DNA of 64,000 bases from Parcubacteria group bacterium (GCA_041659505.1 JBAZYF010000001.1:502712-566711), one strand, 5' to 3'. Shown: positions 17,629 through 28,392, numbered from the stretch's first letter. The notes: generated from the letters alone by a model not told the origin. Numbers and translations are program-made.

Positions 17629-18774
17629 TTATTTTCTTGTGAGTATCACCTCCTTTGTTCCTGGAGGTGGAGAGAAACATTGTTTTGTTTCTCTTAGCAC
17701 GATCACTGTGCCATTTGTGATGCGTGCCTTATCTTCCCAGATCTCACGTACTGTTGTGCCCAGAGGGAAAACATTCCAGCCCCCTACTTGGATTACCTCA
17801 GAGAAGGGCGGTGTGCCGGTGGCTGGTATTACATACCGGTCAATTTTTCCGGTACCGGTAGCTGGCTGAGTGGGGCTTTTATTTTTTTTCTGCATCTCAA
17901 CTTGGAGATGCATTTCTTCCAGTTTCTGTTTTCTAGCTGCCTCATCAGCATCATGTTTTGTCTTGGCCGCTGCAGCTGCATCGGCCTTGGCCTTCTCGCC
18001 AGTGATAAAATCCAGGGTATTATCCAAAACTTTTTCCCCAGCATCTTTGATTTTCTGAGATACCGGAGGGGGTGTTAATTGCTTTGGATATCTGGTTTGG
18101 ATTCTGTTGATAACATCAGTGCCAAGCCAGGGTATTAATACGATAACACCCAGTGAGCAAAAAACAAATCGGATAATCTTGTTTTTGGCCCCTAATCCAA
18201 AAGCAAATAAAGCAAAGGATAAGCAGCCAATTAATTTATTTATGGGATCAGTAAGTCGATCCCCCAAAAACGTAAGGTCTGGATTGATCATGGCTTGAGT
18301 GAAAAGATAAATTTCCGCCACAATCGCAAATCCCATAGTGAAACCCAAAAAACCTTTTACTCTGCTTCCTGCTGCTGCTCTCTGATATCCCGAGAAACTC
18401 ATTATTGCAAGAATCGGGAGACCGGCAGTAATCCAAGAGAATACGCCGTCTACCTTACCATAAATAACAACAAGCGATCCAATGAAAGCCGCTAAAAAGA
18501 ATAGCGGCAATCTCTTGCTTTGCGAGTTCTCTCTGTAGGTCAAATATGCAATAATCAATTCCAGAATTGCCAGAAATTTCCAGAAGAACCATCCGCCACC
18601 CGGTGTTAAAGATTGTGTTTGTCCGGGTTGTGCCGAGATGGGTTGCGCGGTTGGGGTTGGGTCTGAAATCATGCTGGACCAAATCGACCAGCAAATAAAA
18701 ATAGTGATTCCTATCCCTAGCCAGATGAATAAATTTCTATGAGCTCTTGCCCATGTGGTGATCCTATTAAACAT
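17629..18774 (-). CDS. polytopic membrane protein (hypothetical; possibly VirB6/TrbL-like)
   Basis: >=6 hydrophobic segments, Ala/Lys-rich linker, soluble C-terminal domain; convergent with pilin cluster. Confidence 0.35.
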   Translation of the reverse strand: MFNRITTWARAHRNLFIWLGIGITIFICWSIWSSMISDPTPTAQPISAQPGQTQSLTPGGGWFFWKFLAILELIIAYLTYRENSQSKRLPLFFLAAFIGSLVVIYGKVDGVFSWITAGLPILAIMSFSGYQRAAAGSRVKGFLGFTMGFAIVAEIYLFTQAMINPDLTFLGDRLTDPINKLIGCLSFALFAFGLGAKNKIIRFVFCSLGVIVLIPWLGTDVINRIQTRYPKQLTPPPVSQKIKDAGEKVLDNTLDFITGEKAKADAAAAAKTKHDADEAARKQKLEEMHLQVEMQKKNKSPTQPATGTGKIDRYVIPATGTPPFSEVIQVGGWNVFPLGTTVREIWEDKARITNGTVIVLRETKQCFSPPPGTKEVILTRK

Positions 18775-18785
18775 TTGAGCCTCCT

Positions 18786-19526
18786 TTATTTAAGAACTTC
18801 ATACACAATTTTTGATAAGGCAGTAATAATTGCGATCAGTCCGGTGAAAAAAAGACAAATGGACAAAAACTTATTTCCATGCATCCATTTGACAGTCTTT
18901 TTTATTCCGCCTGTTTTCACCAGCAGATCCCTACCAATCGCGATCGCCTTTTGACGCTGATAAATTTGATCAGCCGTCCCAGGAAGATAAGCTTCTTCGA
19001 TCAATTGAAGAAAAAAATCGTCACAGGGATTGCGAAGGGTCGTTTGCGCAAAAACGAATCGCGCGTTGGTCTCATTTTTTGAAGTAAGTTTTCCACTTTG
19101 CTCCAAAAATTCCTTCGTCATCTCCATCAGTCTGACCCGATACTTTCCAGCATCAAATCCGTCAGCAATAAATCTTTTCCGGAATTCCTCTTCCACAATC
19201 AGAATAATTCGATTGCTACATGAGGATAACCCAAGATTTCTCCATGTCTCATCCTCGCCGGTTAGTTCCTCCGGGATGAGTGATAAAACCCAGTCCGGAA
19301 CTCGTCCTTCATTTGGACTTCCCGGTTCTGGTTTCTTGCTTATGCCCATCAACATAGCCATGATAATGGCGAAGTTCTGAACCTTTTCCCAAGTCAGCCA
19401 CGCGCTTTTTACTTTCTCGGTGGCAGTGGGAACTGCGGCTTCTGTTGCTTTGGGCCTTTCTTCGGGCTTGGGCGCTTCCTCTGTCTTGGGTGTTGTTTTT
19501 GGGGTATTTTTCTGATTTCTTGCCAT
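18786..19526 (-). CDS. hypothetical protein (Pro/Lys-rich N-terminus, C-terminal TM)
   Basis: ORF only. Confidence 0.35.
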   Translation of the reverse strand: MARNQKNTPKTTPKTEEAPKPEERPKATEAAVPTATEKVKSAWLTWEKVQNFAIIMAMLMGISKKPEPGSPNEGRVPDWVLSLIPEELTGEDETWRNLGLSSCSNRIILIVEEEFRKRFIADGFDAGKYRVRLMEMTKEFLEQSGKLTSKNETNARFVFAQTTLRNPCDDFFLQLIEEAYLPGTADQIYQRQKAIAIGRDLLVKTGGIKKTVKWMHGNKFLSICLFFTGLIAIITALSKIVYEVLK

Positions 19527-19896
19527 TGTAATCCTCCGTTTCCGTCTTGTCGGCGTAAAAAATTGATATATAAAATTGTCAAGGAGCCGACCATTCGGCT
19601 CTTGGTTTTGACCTTGAGTCGAGTCGACGCTCTGTTGCGTTGACCTTATATACTAGCACAAAATGAGAAAAAAGTCAATTTGGGTTTGAACGTATAATTG
19701 GATAAGGCTTTATATAAGCCATAAAATTTTGGGGGATTTGGGATGAAGAGTTGATTTGAGGCTATTTTAGGCTAAATATTTGGAAAAATGTGCCAAAAAG
19801 GTGAAAAATGTAATAAATGGCTTAAAATAGCCAAAATGTAGTTAACCCGCCTATTTGCAGCGTAGTTCATTCAATTGGTCAGTTAAAAAACTTAAT

Positions 19897-19926
19897 TTGA
19901 CAAAATGTAAGCTTCTAGTCTATAAT
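19897..19926 (+). promoter_or_regulatory. consensus sigma70 promoter TTGACA-N18-TATAAT, about 215 nt upstream of nusA
   Basis: perfect -35 and -10 hexamers; leader contains short hairpin+T-run and a nested double hairpin (GCCGGACTTGATCCGGC; GATCCTGAATCAAGTTCAGGATG). Confidence 0.5.
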
Positions 19927-20144
19927 ATGAGTGTTGATAGGGAAGGAAGATTCAGGTTCGCGAAAGCGGGCTTTTTATTTAAGCTTCAAGCTGCAAATCA
20001 ATAAAAAACTGGTGTCATGCCGGACTTGATCCGGCATCTATGATGATACGAATCGGAGATCCTGAATCAAGTTCAGGATGACATGAAAAATTTGTAATTT
20101 GTAGAAATTAAACTAGCTTTAATTAATCATTAAATAATAAATGT

Positions 20145-21467
20145 ATGCGAAAACTGGGACAAATTCGAAAACCGAGAAAGGCAGCCGAAGAGGAAGAAGC
20201 ACCGCGAGGCGCGGGTGATTTTGGTAGTGCGATTTCAGCTCTTTGCGAAGAGAAGGGAATCTCAAAAGAGAAAGTGATTGAGACAATTGCGGCGGCCTTA
20301 GCGGCAGCTTACAAAAAAGACTATGGCAAAAAAGGCCAGAACATCCGGGCGGAATTTGATGAGGTGAGTGGCGGAGCGAAATTTTATCTCGTGAAAGAGG
20401 TGGTTGATGAAACGACACGGGAGTTTGTGGAGGAGAAAGAAGAAGGTGAAGTTGAAGAGAAACGAAGCTATGAGACGAGACCCTCCTTCGCTGAAGCTAC
20501 GGCGGACGAAGAAAAATTACCGCGTTTTAATCCGGAGCGCGATCTGACTTTGGAGCAGGCAAAGAAAATCAAGAAAAAAGCGGTGGTGGGGGATATTATT
20601 GAAACAGTTTTGCCGGAAGAAAAGGATTACGGTCGAGTGGCGGCGCAAACAGCCAAGCAAGTGATCATTCAAAGAATTCGCGAAGCGGAAAGAGATTCGA
20701 TGTTTGAGGAATATAAGAATAAGGAAGGCGAAGTGATTTCCGGCGTTGTGCAACGGGTGGAAGGCCGGAATGTTTTCATTGATATCGGAAAATCAGTCGG
20801 CGTGCTTTTTCCTGGCGAACAGATCGAGCGGGAAAATTATCGCATCGGACAGCGCGTGAAAGTTTATCTGGCGAAAGTAGATGCAGGCACAAAAGGTCCT
20901 GGCATCACGCTTAGTCGGGTGCATCCGGAAATGGTGCGGAGACTTTTTGAATTGGAAGTGCCGGAAATTTTTGCCGGAACGGTGGAAATCAAAGCAATCG
21001 CGAGGGAAGCAGGTGAGCGCACGAAAGTGGCTGTTGCTTCGACAGAAGAAGGAATTGATCCGATCGGTTCTTGTGTGGGACAAAAAGGGACGAGAGTGCA
21101 AGCGATCATTGAAGAATTGGGCGGAGAAAAAATTGACATCATCCTTTGGAACGAAGACCAGGCGAAATTTATTTCCGCCGCGCTTAGCCCAGCCAAAGTT
21201 TTGCGCGTTGATCTCAATGATGTAGAGAAAAAAGCGACCGTTGTCGTACCAGAAGAGCAACTATCACTGGCGATCGGCAAGCGCGGACAAAATGTCCGTC
21301 TGGCCGCCAAGCTGACCGGTTGGAAGATTGATATTGCGGGAGTAAGCGCTGATGAAGATGGAAAAGAAATCAATAATCAAGAAACAGTGAACAGTGAACA
21401 GCAGGGGGAAGAGAAAAAAGAAGAATTTGTTGCGCCAGAAGTGGCGGAAGATAAGACAGAAGAGTAG
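20145..21467 (+). CDS. nusA: transcription termination/antitermination factor NusA (with about 40-aa charged N-terminal extension and acidic tail)
   Basis: NusA N-domain, S1 and two KH domains ('GPGITLSRVHPEMVRRLFELEVPE', 'IGSCVGQKGTRVQAIIEELGGEKIDII'). Confidence 0.9.
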   Translation: MRKLGQIRKPRKAAEEEEAPRGAGDFGSAISALCEEKGISKEKVIETIAAALAAAYKKDYGKKGQNIRAEFDEVSGGAKFYLVKEVVDETTREFVEEKEEGEVEEKRSYETRPSFAEATADEEKLPRFNPERDLTLEQAKKIKKKAVVGDIIETVLPEEKDYGRVAAQTAKQVIIQRIREAERDSMFEEYKNKEGEVISGVVQRVEGRNVFIDIGKSVGVLFPGEQIERENYRIGQRVKVYLAKVDAGTKGPGITLSRVHPEMVRRLFELEVPEIFAGTVEIKAIAREAGERTKVAVASTEEGIDPIGSCVGQKGTRVQAIIEELGGEKIDIILWNEDQAKFISAALSPAKVLRVDLNDVEKKATVVVPEEQLSLAIGKRGQNVRLAAKLTGWKIDIAGVSADEDGKEINNQETVNSEQQGEEKKEEFVAPEVAEDKTEE

Positions 21468-21478
21468 ATTCTTAAATT

Positions 21479-21670
21479 GTGTCATCCCCGCACCCGTTTC
21501 ACGAGCATAAACTCCGGCGGGGATCCAGGCGCCTCAGGTGAAAAATAAAGAGAAAACGAATTATTAAAATTCAAGACTTAATGAAGCAGAACTCTTGCCA
21601 GACTTGCAATTCGGTTTTCCAGGGTTCATAAATTGTGGAACCTGGATTCCCGCCTGCGCGGGAATGACAA
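21479..21670. mobile_element. MITE-like element family A, copy 2
   Basis: same TIRs as 7866-8068 with about 25-bp insertion inside left hairpin; sits between nusA and ppaC. Confidence 0.7.
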
Positions 21671-21738
21671 GGAGAGTAGTGTATTTTTCTGAAGCTCTCC
21701 GTCAAAGCAGAAATAATAAAATAATTATTAATAAAACG

Positions 21739-22668
21739 ATGAAAAAATTAATTATTATTGGCCATAAGAATCCAGATACTGACACAGTTGTTTCTAGTTT
21801 GATTGCGGAACATTATTACAAGAATGTTTTAAAAATCGAAGCCAAGGCATATCGTGCGGGAGAGCTTAACAACGAGACGAAATTTGTTTTGGCGGAGTTT
21901 ATGCTACAGGCGCCAGCGCTACTTAAGAAAGCCGGAGAGAAAGATGTTTTTGTCTTGGTTGATCATAATGAACTTAGCCAGACTGTGGATGGTTTGAACA
22001 TCGGGCAAATTGAGCGGATCGTTGATCACCATAAGCTCAACCTGCAAACTGAAGCCCCGATTTTTTTGCGTACTGATCCGATCGGGAGTACTGCTTCGGT
22101 GCTGGCAAGAATGTACGGCGAAGCGGGAAAAAAAATTCCGACCAACATCGCAAAACTGATGCTGGCGGGAATCTTGTCTGATACTTTGAATTTAAATTCA
22201 CCAACAACGACGGAGGTGGATAGAAAATTAGTGAAAGATTTGAACAAAATTGCCAAGCTGAATCTGAAGCAATTTGTGGCTGATTTATTTTCTGCCAAAT
22301 CAAGTCTCAGGGGAATTTCTTTGGATATTTTGATCACACAAGATTATAAGGTATTTGAAATGGGTGCTAGTAAGGTCGGGATTGCTGCTTGGGAAACGAC
22401 TAAACCGGAAAGTGTTTTGGTGGAGAAGGAAAAAATATTAGAACTGCTTGCGAAAAAGAAGCAACAGGAAAAACTAGATTACATCGTGTTTATGCTGGTG
22501 GATATCATTGCGCAAAACAGTACGCTGTTTATTGTCAGTGAAAAAGAACAGGTGCTTTTGGAAAAAGTTTTTGCTGGAAAAATTTCTGGCAACGAGATGT
22601 TTTTACCGGGAGTGGTTTCACGAAAAAAACAGATCGTGCCGCCATTGACTGAGAGCCTAAATAAATAA
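21739..22668 (+). CDS. ppaC: manganese-dependent inorganic pyrophosphatase (family II, DHH)
   Basis: 'HKNPDTDTV', 'VDHHK', family II PPase; ORF-track N-terminal extension (21595) rejected because it reads through the MITE. Confidence 0.85.
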   Translation: MKKLIIIGHKNPDTDTVVSSLIAEHYYKNVLKIEAKAYRAGELNNETKFVLAEFMLQAPALLKKAGEKDVFVLVDHNELSQTVDGLNIGQIERIVDHHKLNLQTEAPIFLRTDPIGSTASVLARMYGEAGKKIPTNIAKLMLAGILSDTLNLNSPTTTEVDRKLVKDLNKIAKLNLKQFVADLFSAKSSLRGISLDILITQDYKVFEMGASKVGIAAWETTKPESVLVEKEKILELLAKKKQQEKLDYIVFMLVDIIAQNSTLFIVSEKEQVLLEKVFAGKISGNEMFLPGVVSRKKQIVPPLTESLNK

Positions 22669-22684
22669 TAATTTTAAAGTTTCT

Positions 22685-23968
22685 ATGATAAAGCAACTAC
22701 CTAAATCAAGAATCGAAGTGGAGCTGACTGTGGAGTGGTCGGAGTGGGAAAAGTATATCGCACCAGCTGTTTCTGAAATTTCCGCGGAGTTTAAGTTTCC
22801 CGGATTTCGTCCAGGGAAAGCGCCAAGAAATCTTGTCGAGCAAAAAGTGGGCAAAGAAATGATCCTTTCTCACGCGGCGGAAAAAGCGATCAGCAAGAGT
22901 TATTCTGATTTTGTTATCAAAGAGAAATTGGCAGTGCTTGGCAGTCCGCAAGTGGAGATTGATAAGATCGTCGAAAATGAGCCGCTTGTTTTCAAAGCAA
23001 CTGTGGCGGTGATGCCAAAAGTGACTGTCAAAGATGACTACAAAGTGGAGATTAAGAAGATTAATGCTGATTTTCAGAAAAAAACGGCCAAGGTTGGCGA
23101 AGAAGAAATTACCCTCGAACTGGAAAAGATTGCTAATAGTCGCGTAAAATTAGTTACGGTGCGGAGGCCGGCAGCGAAAAATGACAGTGTGGAGGTGGAT
23201 TTCGCGGTGAGTATTGACGGGAAAGTGATCGAAGGTGGAGAGAGTAAGAATCACGCGCTGGTCATTGGCAAAGAAGTGTTTATTCCTGGCTTTGAGGATA
23301 ATTTAATTGGAATGAACGAAAACGAAGAAAAAGAATTTGAACTTAGTTTTCCTGATAGTTATCACAAAAAAGAGCTAGCGGGAAAAGCGGCAAAATTCAA
23401 TGTGAAGATGGATCTAGTACAAGAGAGACAGATCCCAGAAATTAATGATGAATTTGCCCTATCTTTAGGAAAATTCAAGAATCTTTCGGAACTGAAGAAA
23501 AATATCCAGGAAGGCTTGGAACACGAAAATGAACACAAATTGAAAGAAGAAAAGCACGGAAAATATTTGGATGCAATCGTGAAGAGTCTAGAAGGTGAAT
23601 TGCCCGAGGCACTCGTCGCTGATGAACTCAATCGGATGGCGCAAGAGTTTGAGGGTCAGATCCAATCGACCGGTATGACACTAGACCACTACTTGGAACA
23701 TCTGAAAAAAGATAAGGCAGAACTTCTGAAGGATTGGGAACCGCAGGCGGAAAAAAGGATTAAATCGGCCATGGCGCTGAAAGAAATTGCCAAAAATGAA
23801 GAGGTGAAAGTAGAATCAGCGGAAGTGGAAGCGGAAATGAACAAAACCGTGCAATACTACAAGAATGTCAAAGATTTTGAAAAGAATGTCGATATGCAGA
23901 GATTGTATAGTTATGTGAAGGGAACGTTGGAGAATGATAAGGTGTTTGAGATGCTGGAGAAACTATAA
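22685..23968 (+). CDS. tig: trigger factor
   Basis: N-terminal ribosome-binding 'GFRPGKAPR' motif, FKBP-like PPIase middle domain. Confidence 0.9.
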   Translation: MIKQLPKSRIEVELTVEWSEWEKYIAPAVSEISAEFKFPGFRPGKAPRNLVEQKVGKEMILSHAAEKAISKSYSDFVIKEKLAVLGSPQVEIDKIVENEPLVFKATVAVMPKVTVKDDYKVEIKKINADFQKKTAKVGEEEITLELEKIANSRVKLVTVRRPAAKNDSVEVDFAVSIDGKVIEGGESKNHALVIGKEVFIPGFEDNLIGMNENEEKEFELSFPDSYHKKELAGKAAKFNVKMDLVQERQIPEINDEFALSLGKFKNLSELKKNIQEGLEHENEHKLKEEKHGKYLDAIVKSLEGELPEALVADELNRMAQEFEGQIQSTGMTLDHYLEHLKKDKAELLKDWEPQAEKRIKSAMALKEIAKNEEVKVESAEVEAEMNKTVQYYKNVKDFEKNVDMQRLYSYVKGTLENDKVFEMLEKL

Positions 23969-24086
23969 TATTTTTTATAATTTACAATTTTCAATTACCA
24001 ATTTTCAATAAATTTTCAAGTTCCAATTTGAAAATTGATCCATTGACAATTGAATGTAAATTGAAAATTGATTATTGAAAATTAAT

Positions 24087-24680
24087 ATGAACAACTTAAC
24101 GAATCAGTATCTTATTCCAACCGTAATCGAAAAGACCAGCCAAGGTGAGAGGGCATATGATATTTATTCACGCCTGCTAAAAGATCGGATAATTTTTTTG
24201 GGTAGTTCGATCGATGACGTGTCGGCTAATATTATCATTGCACAACTTTTGTTTTTGGATTCGCAAAATTCCAAAGAAGATATCAAGCTCTATATCAATT
24301 CTCCCGGCGGATCAGTCACGGCGGCGCTCGCAATTTATGACACGATGCAATTTGTCAAAATTGACGTCTCAACGATCTGTGTGGGAATCGCGGCTAGTGC
24401 GGCGGCGCTGCTGCTCGCTAGTGGTGCGAAAGGAAAAAGGATTGCATTGCCAAACAGCGAAGTGATGATTCATCAAGTGATGGGTGGCGCGCAAGGCCAG
24501 GCGACAGACATCGACATCCACGCGAAACATATTTTGAAAACGAAAGATAAGTTGAATGAAATTTTGGCGACGCATACTGGTCAACCAATTGCCAAAGTGA
24601 CGATTGACGCGGAACGAGATTTTTTCATGAGCGCAACTGAGGCGAAGAAGTATGGAATTGTGGATAAAATCATAAAATAA
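24087..24680 (+). CDS. clpP: ATP-dependent Clp protease proteolytic subunit
   Basis: catalytic '[11 protein letters not shown]' Ser and 'MIHQ' His motifs; ORF track uses TTG at 24075, ATG at 24087 preferred. Confidence 0.9.
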   Translation: MNNLTNQYLIPTVIEKTSQGERAYDIYSRLLKDRIIFLGSSIDDVSANIIIAQLLFLDSQNSKEDIKLYINSPGGSVTAALAIYDTMQFVKIDVSTICVGIAASAAALLLASGAKGKRIALPNSEVMIHQVMGGAQGQATDIDIHAKHILKTKDKLNEILATHTGQPIAKVTIDAERDFFMSATEAKKYGIVDKIIK

Positions 24681-24686
24681 AGGAAC

Positions 24687-24849
24687 CCTCCTCGCCCTCC
24701 GGGAGAGGATGTCACGAGCACGTGACAGGTGAGGGTAAGGGTTATACATTAGGAATAATCCAAGCTAGTTTAGTTTTTTCCTAACATTACACCCTTTCCC
24801 TCATCCGGCCTCCGGCCACCTTCTCCCGAAGGGCGAAGGAGATATAAAG
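24687..24849. mobile_element. MITE-like repeat family B, copy 2
   Basis: conserved ends shared with 9047-9208. Confidence 0.65.
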
Positions 24850-24851
24850 AA

Positions 24852-24886
24852 AAACCCTCGAAACTTTAAAAGTTTCGAGGGTTTTT
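24852..24886. terminator. bidirectional intrinsic terminator (CCCTCGAAACTTT..AAGTTTCGAGGG)
   Basis: 12-bp stem flanked by A-run and T-run between clpP-side repeat and gpmI 3' end. Confidence 0.6.
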
Positions 24887-24903
24887 TGAGATAAAACTAA
24901 AAA

Positions 24904-26490
24904 CTATTTTTTGTTTTCCAGAAACGGCAACAAACTTTCTCCGGTCATTTCTTTGGATTTTTTGATTCCGAAAAGATCAAGAATTGTTGGGGCAATATCG
25001 CTGAGGAGTCCGGATACTTCAAAATTTACGTCAATAGCCTCACTTTTTTTGCTAGAATGGTTTTGTGCGGTAACAAACCAGAGTGGAACTGGATTGGCGG
25101 AGTGTTCGGTATTTTTTTCTCCAGTTTTGAGGTTGATCATTTCTTCTACATTACCATGATCGGCCGTGATGAGTAGGCAGCCGTTTTTTTGGGTAATTTC
25201 TCGAATTAACTTGTCTAGGCATCTATCCACTGTCTCAATGGCGATGATAGCCGCCCGTTCATTCCCAGTGTGGCCGATCATATCGGGATTGGCATAATTA
25301 AGAACTATGAAATCATACTTTTGGGCCTGCACATATTCACAAACCTTGTCTGTCAATTCCTGCGCGCGCATTTCAGGTGCCTCGTCAAAGCGCGCGACAT
25401 CTTTTGATGGAATAATGACGCGGTCTTCTAGCGGGAAGGGCTCTTCATTTCCACCATTGAAAAAATAGGTGACGTGGGCGAACTTTTCTGTTTCGGCGAT
25501 TCTCAGTTGGGTTAATTTTTCTGCGGAGAGAATTTTTCCAAGACAGGATTCAACTTCGACAATAGGGAAAGCGATGTCATTTACTGGTAATCCAGTTTCG
25601 TATTGTACCATACTGACAAAATGAAGATTAGCTATCTTTCTTCTATTAAATTTATCAAAATCAGGAAGGGTAAAAGCTTTTGTGATTTGACGGGCGCGAT
25701 CCTCGCGAAAATTAAAAAAAATCAAGGCATCGTTATCGGAAACCGTCGCAATCGGTTTTCCATCTTCAGTCACGACAGCTGGAACGATGTATTCATCAAA
25801 AACCTCTTGTTTGTAGGATTTTTTAAGATAGTCTAGGGGGTCAGTAATCTGTTCGCCCAGACCATCTGTCATGGCCGCATAGGCTAATTGGATGCGATCC
25901 CAGTTGTTATTGCGATCCATGCCATAATATCTACCTCCAATCGTGGCAATTTTTCCCACGCCGTAAATATTAATTCTCTTTTGCAGATCCGTAATACATT
26001 CTACTCCTGAAGTAGGGGCACAGTCTCTTCCGTCGGTAAAAATATGCAAATAGACGCGATCAAATTTTTGCTCATGCATCAGTTCTAAAAGTCCATAGAG
26101 ATGGTCGACATTAGAATGGATGCCGCCTTTACCAAGGAGGCCCATAATGTGAACAGACGACTTATTTTTCTTGGCATGATCAATCGCACCCAGAAATGCC
26201 TTATTTTTGAAAAACTCGCCATTCTGTATGGACATCGTGATACGTGGCAAATTTTGATAGAGGGTTTGTCCTGTGCCAAGAGTGAGATGGCCCACTTCTG
26301 AATTGCCAGGTTCACCCCAGGGAATTCCGACTGAAATGCCAGAGGCCTGAAGAGCGATATGGGGATAGAGTTGATTTAGTCTTTCAATTGTGGGCAATTT
26401 TGCGGAAGCGATCGCGTTGCCTTTTGTTTGCTTACTAAGTCCCCATCCGTCCAGGATAACAAGTGTGATTGGTTTGAAGATATTCTGCAT
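24904..26490 (-). CDS. gpmI: 2,3-bisphosphoglycerate-independent phosphoglycerate mutase
   Basis: 'LVILDGWG' N-terminus and iPGM metal-binding motifs. Confidence 0.9.
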   Translation of the reverse strand: MQNIFKPITLVILDGWGLSKQTKGNAIASAKLPTIERLNQLYPHIALQASGISVGIPWGEPGNSEVGHLTLGTGQTLYQNLPRITMSIQNGEFFKNKAFLGAIDHAKKNKSSVHIMGLLGKGGIHSNVDHLYGLLELMHEQKFDRVYLHIFTDGRDCAPTSGVECITDLQKRINIYGVGKIATIGGRYYGMDRNNNWDRIQLAYAAMTDGLGEQITDPLDYLKKSYKQEVFDEYIVPAVVTEDGKPIATVSDNDALIFFNFREDRARQITKAFTLPDFDKFNRRKIANLHFVSMVQYETGLPVNDIAFPIVEVESCLGKILSAEKLTQLRIAETEKFAHVTYFFNGGNEEPFPLEDRVIIPSKDVARFDEAPEMRAQELTDKVCEYVQAQKYDFIVLNYANPDMIGHTGNERAAIIAIETVDRCLDKLIREITQKNGCLLITADHGNVEEMINLKTGEKNTEHSANPVPLWFVTAQNHSSKKSEAIDVNFEVSGLLSDIAPTILDLFGIKKSKEMTGESLLPFLENKK

Positions 26491-26713
26491 ATTTTGTTTG
26501 TTAGCTTTAGATGATTACTAGTATATGTTAGCACTCTTGGCGTGTTTTGACAAAAATTGGCGGTTGTAATACCATTAGAGGGGTAGATAATTGTTTAAAC
26601 AACTCTAGTTTATATTGATAAAGGGGAATATTCAGGGGTGGCGCCCTGGCTTTTCAAAAAGTATCTGTGGCAAATTACATTTATGATTTATCAATTGAAT
26701 AGAAAAAAATATT

Positions 26714-28246
26714 ATGGAAATGGGTTTAACGGTGCTAATCACCGGTATTTTATCTTTGGGAATCGGGTCAGTCCTGGGCTATTATGCCAGGCAGACAATT
26801 GCTAAGAAGCAACTTTCCACAGCGGAAGGCAAGGCCTTGAAGGTGGAGGAAATGGCAGAAAAAAAGGCACAGGAAATTGTGCTAGAGGCGAAAAATAAGG
26901 CGGTGAATATCCTAGAAGAAGCCAAGAAGAAAGAATTTGACAAAGAAGAGCAACTCCTCCGGACAGAGGCACGTTTGGATAAAAAAGAAGAAAGCTTGGA
27001 GGGAAAAATTCAGGATGTAGAAAAAGAGAAAGAATTGTTAGGTAAAAAGGCGGATGAGGTCAGGGAGATTCGAAAAGAAGCGGAAGAAGCTAGAAAACAA
27101 GAATTAAAAAGGCTGGAAAAGATCGCAGGGCTTTCAAAGGAAGCGGCTAAGAAAATTCTTTTGCAACTGACTGAAGAAGAAAGTCGAGAGCTTTTGGCCA
27201 AAAGGATCAAATCATTGGAAATTGAAGGACGTGATACTTTAGAAAAGAAAGCGCGTGATATTATGACTGGCGCAATCCAAAAATATGCTGGTTCGCATGC
27301 AGCTGATGTGACCACAAGCATTGTTGCAATTCCATCTGACGAAGTGAAGGGTCGGATTATCGGAAGAGAGGGACGAAATATCAAGGCCTTGGAGCGGCTT
27401 ACGGGGATTGAAATTATTGTCGATGATACGCCGGAAGCGATTGTTATTTCTGGTTTTGATCCGATTCGCAGAGAAATTGCGCGAATTGCGATTGAACGGC
27501 TTATCTCTGACGGACGGATCCATCCAACCAAGATCGAGGAGGCAGTGGAATTTGCTAAGTTGGAAATTAATAATAAGATCCGTGAAGCCGGTGACGCTGC
27601 TGCTTATGACGTAGGAGTGGCTGGGCTTGATCCGAAACTGATCCATATCTTAGGACGTCTCAGATATCGGACTAGTTATGGCCAAAACGCACTGTTACAT
27701 TCATTGGAAGTGGCCCATCTCTCTGGAGCATTGGCGGCGGAATTAGGCGCGGATGTGAGTTTGGCGAAAAAAGCGGGACTCTTGCATGACATCGGCAAAG
27801 CGATTGATCATGAGGTGCAAGGCACGCACGTAGAAATTGGCATCAAGATTTTGGAAAAATTCAAAATTGGCAAAGACATTATTGATGCGATGAAATCTCA
27901 CCATGAAGATTATCCATTTGAAACACCAGAATCGATGATTATCTCAGCGGCCGATGCCATTTCCGCTTCACGTCCCGGAGCGAGAAAAGACACGCTGGAA
28001 AATTACCTCAAGCGCTTGGAAGAACTGGAAGCAGTGGCGACATCTTTCCCGGAAGTGGAAAAGACCTATGCCATCCAAGCCGGAAGAGAAATTCGCGTAT
28101 TCGTGCGACCGGACAAAATTGATGATCTGGGTTCAATTAAATTGAGCCGAGCGATTGCCGATAAGATTGAAAAAGAGTTGAAGTATCCAGGTGAAATCAA
28201 AGTGAATGTGATTCGCGAAACACGCGTGGTGGAATATGCTCGTTAG
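26714..28246 (+). CDS. rny: ribonuclease Y
   Basis: N-terminal TM, coiled coil, KH domain ('IIGREGRNIKALE'), HD domain ('HSLEVAHL...LLHDIGK'). Confidence 0.9.
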   Translation: MEMGLTVLITGILSLGIGSVLGYYARQTIAKKQLSTAEGKALKVEEMAEKKAQEIVLEAKNKAVNILEEAKKKEFDKEEQLLRTEARLDKKEESLEGKIQDVEKEKELLGKKADEVREIRKEAEEARKQELKRLEKIAGLSKEAAKKILLQLTEEESRELLAKRIKSLEIEGRDTLEKKARDIMTGAIQKYAGSHAADVTTSIVAIPSDEVKGRIIGREGRNIKALERLTGIEIIVDDTPEAIVISGFDPIRREIARIAIERLISDGRIHPTKIEEAVEFAKLEINNKIREAGDAAAYDVGVAGLDPKLIHILGRLRYRTSYGQNALLHSLEVAHLSGALAAELGADVSLAKKAGLLHDIGKAIDHEVQGTHVEIGIKILEKFKIGKDIIDAMKSHHEDYPFETPESMIISAADAISASRPGARKDTLENYLKRLEELEAVATSFPEVEKTYAIQAGREIRVFVRPDKIDDLGSIKLSRAIADKIEKELKYPGEIKVNVIRETRVVEYAR

Positions 28247-28392
28247 TGTGTGGATAAATGCATTTGCTTTATTTAAAGCAATTGTAGTAAAATAGAAAGA
28301 CAAGCAGATTCGATAAGAATTAAGGTACGCGCCAAAGTTTAATTTCCGAAAAATTAAAGGGCTTGGCGAAACTATTGAAAGGAGGTGATAAT

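Noticed and set aside
21595-21738. N-terminal extension of ppaC given by the ORF track (MPDLQFGF...)
   Set aside because: The extension reads through the MITE-like element and has no RBS. The conserved PpaC N-terminus begins at ATG 21739.
23970-24075. CtsR-type operator or strong promoter in the repetitive AT-rich tig-clpP spacer (TTGAAAATTGAT-like repeats)
   Set aside because: It has repeated TTGA/AATTG motifs but no convincing -35/-10 pair or heptad direct repeat, so it was noted only as low-complexity AT-rich spacer.
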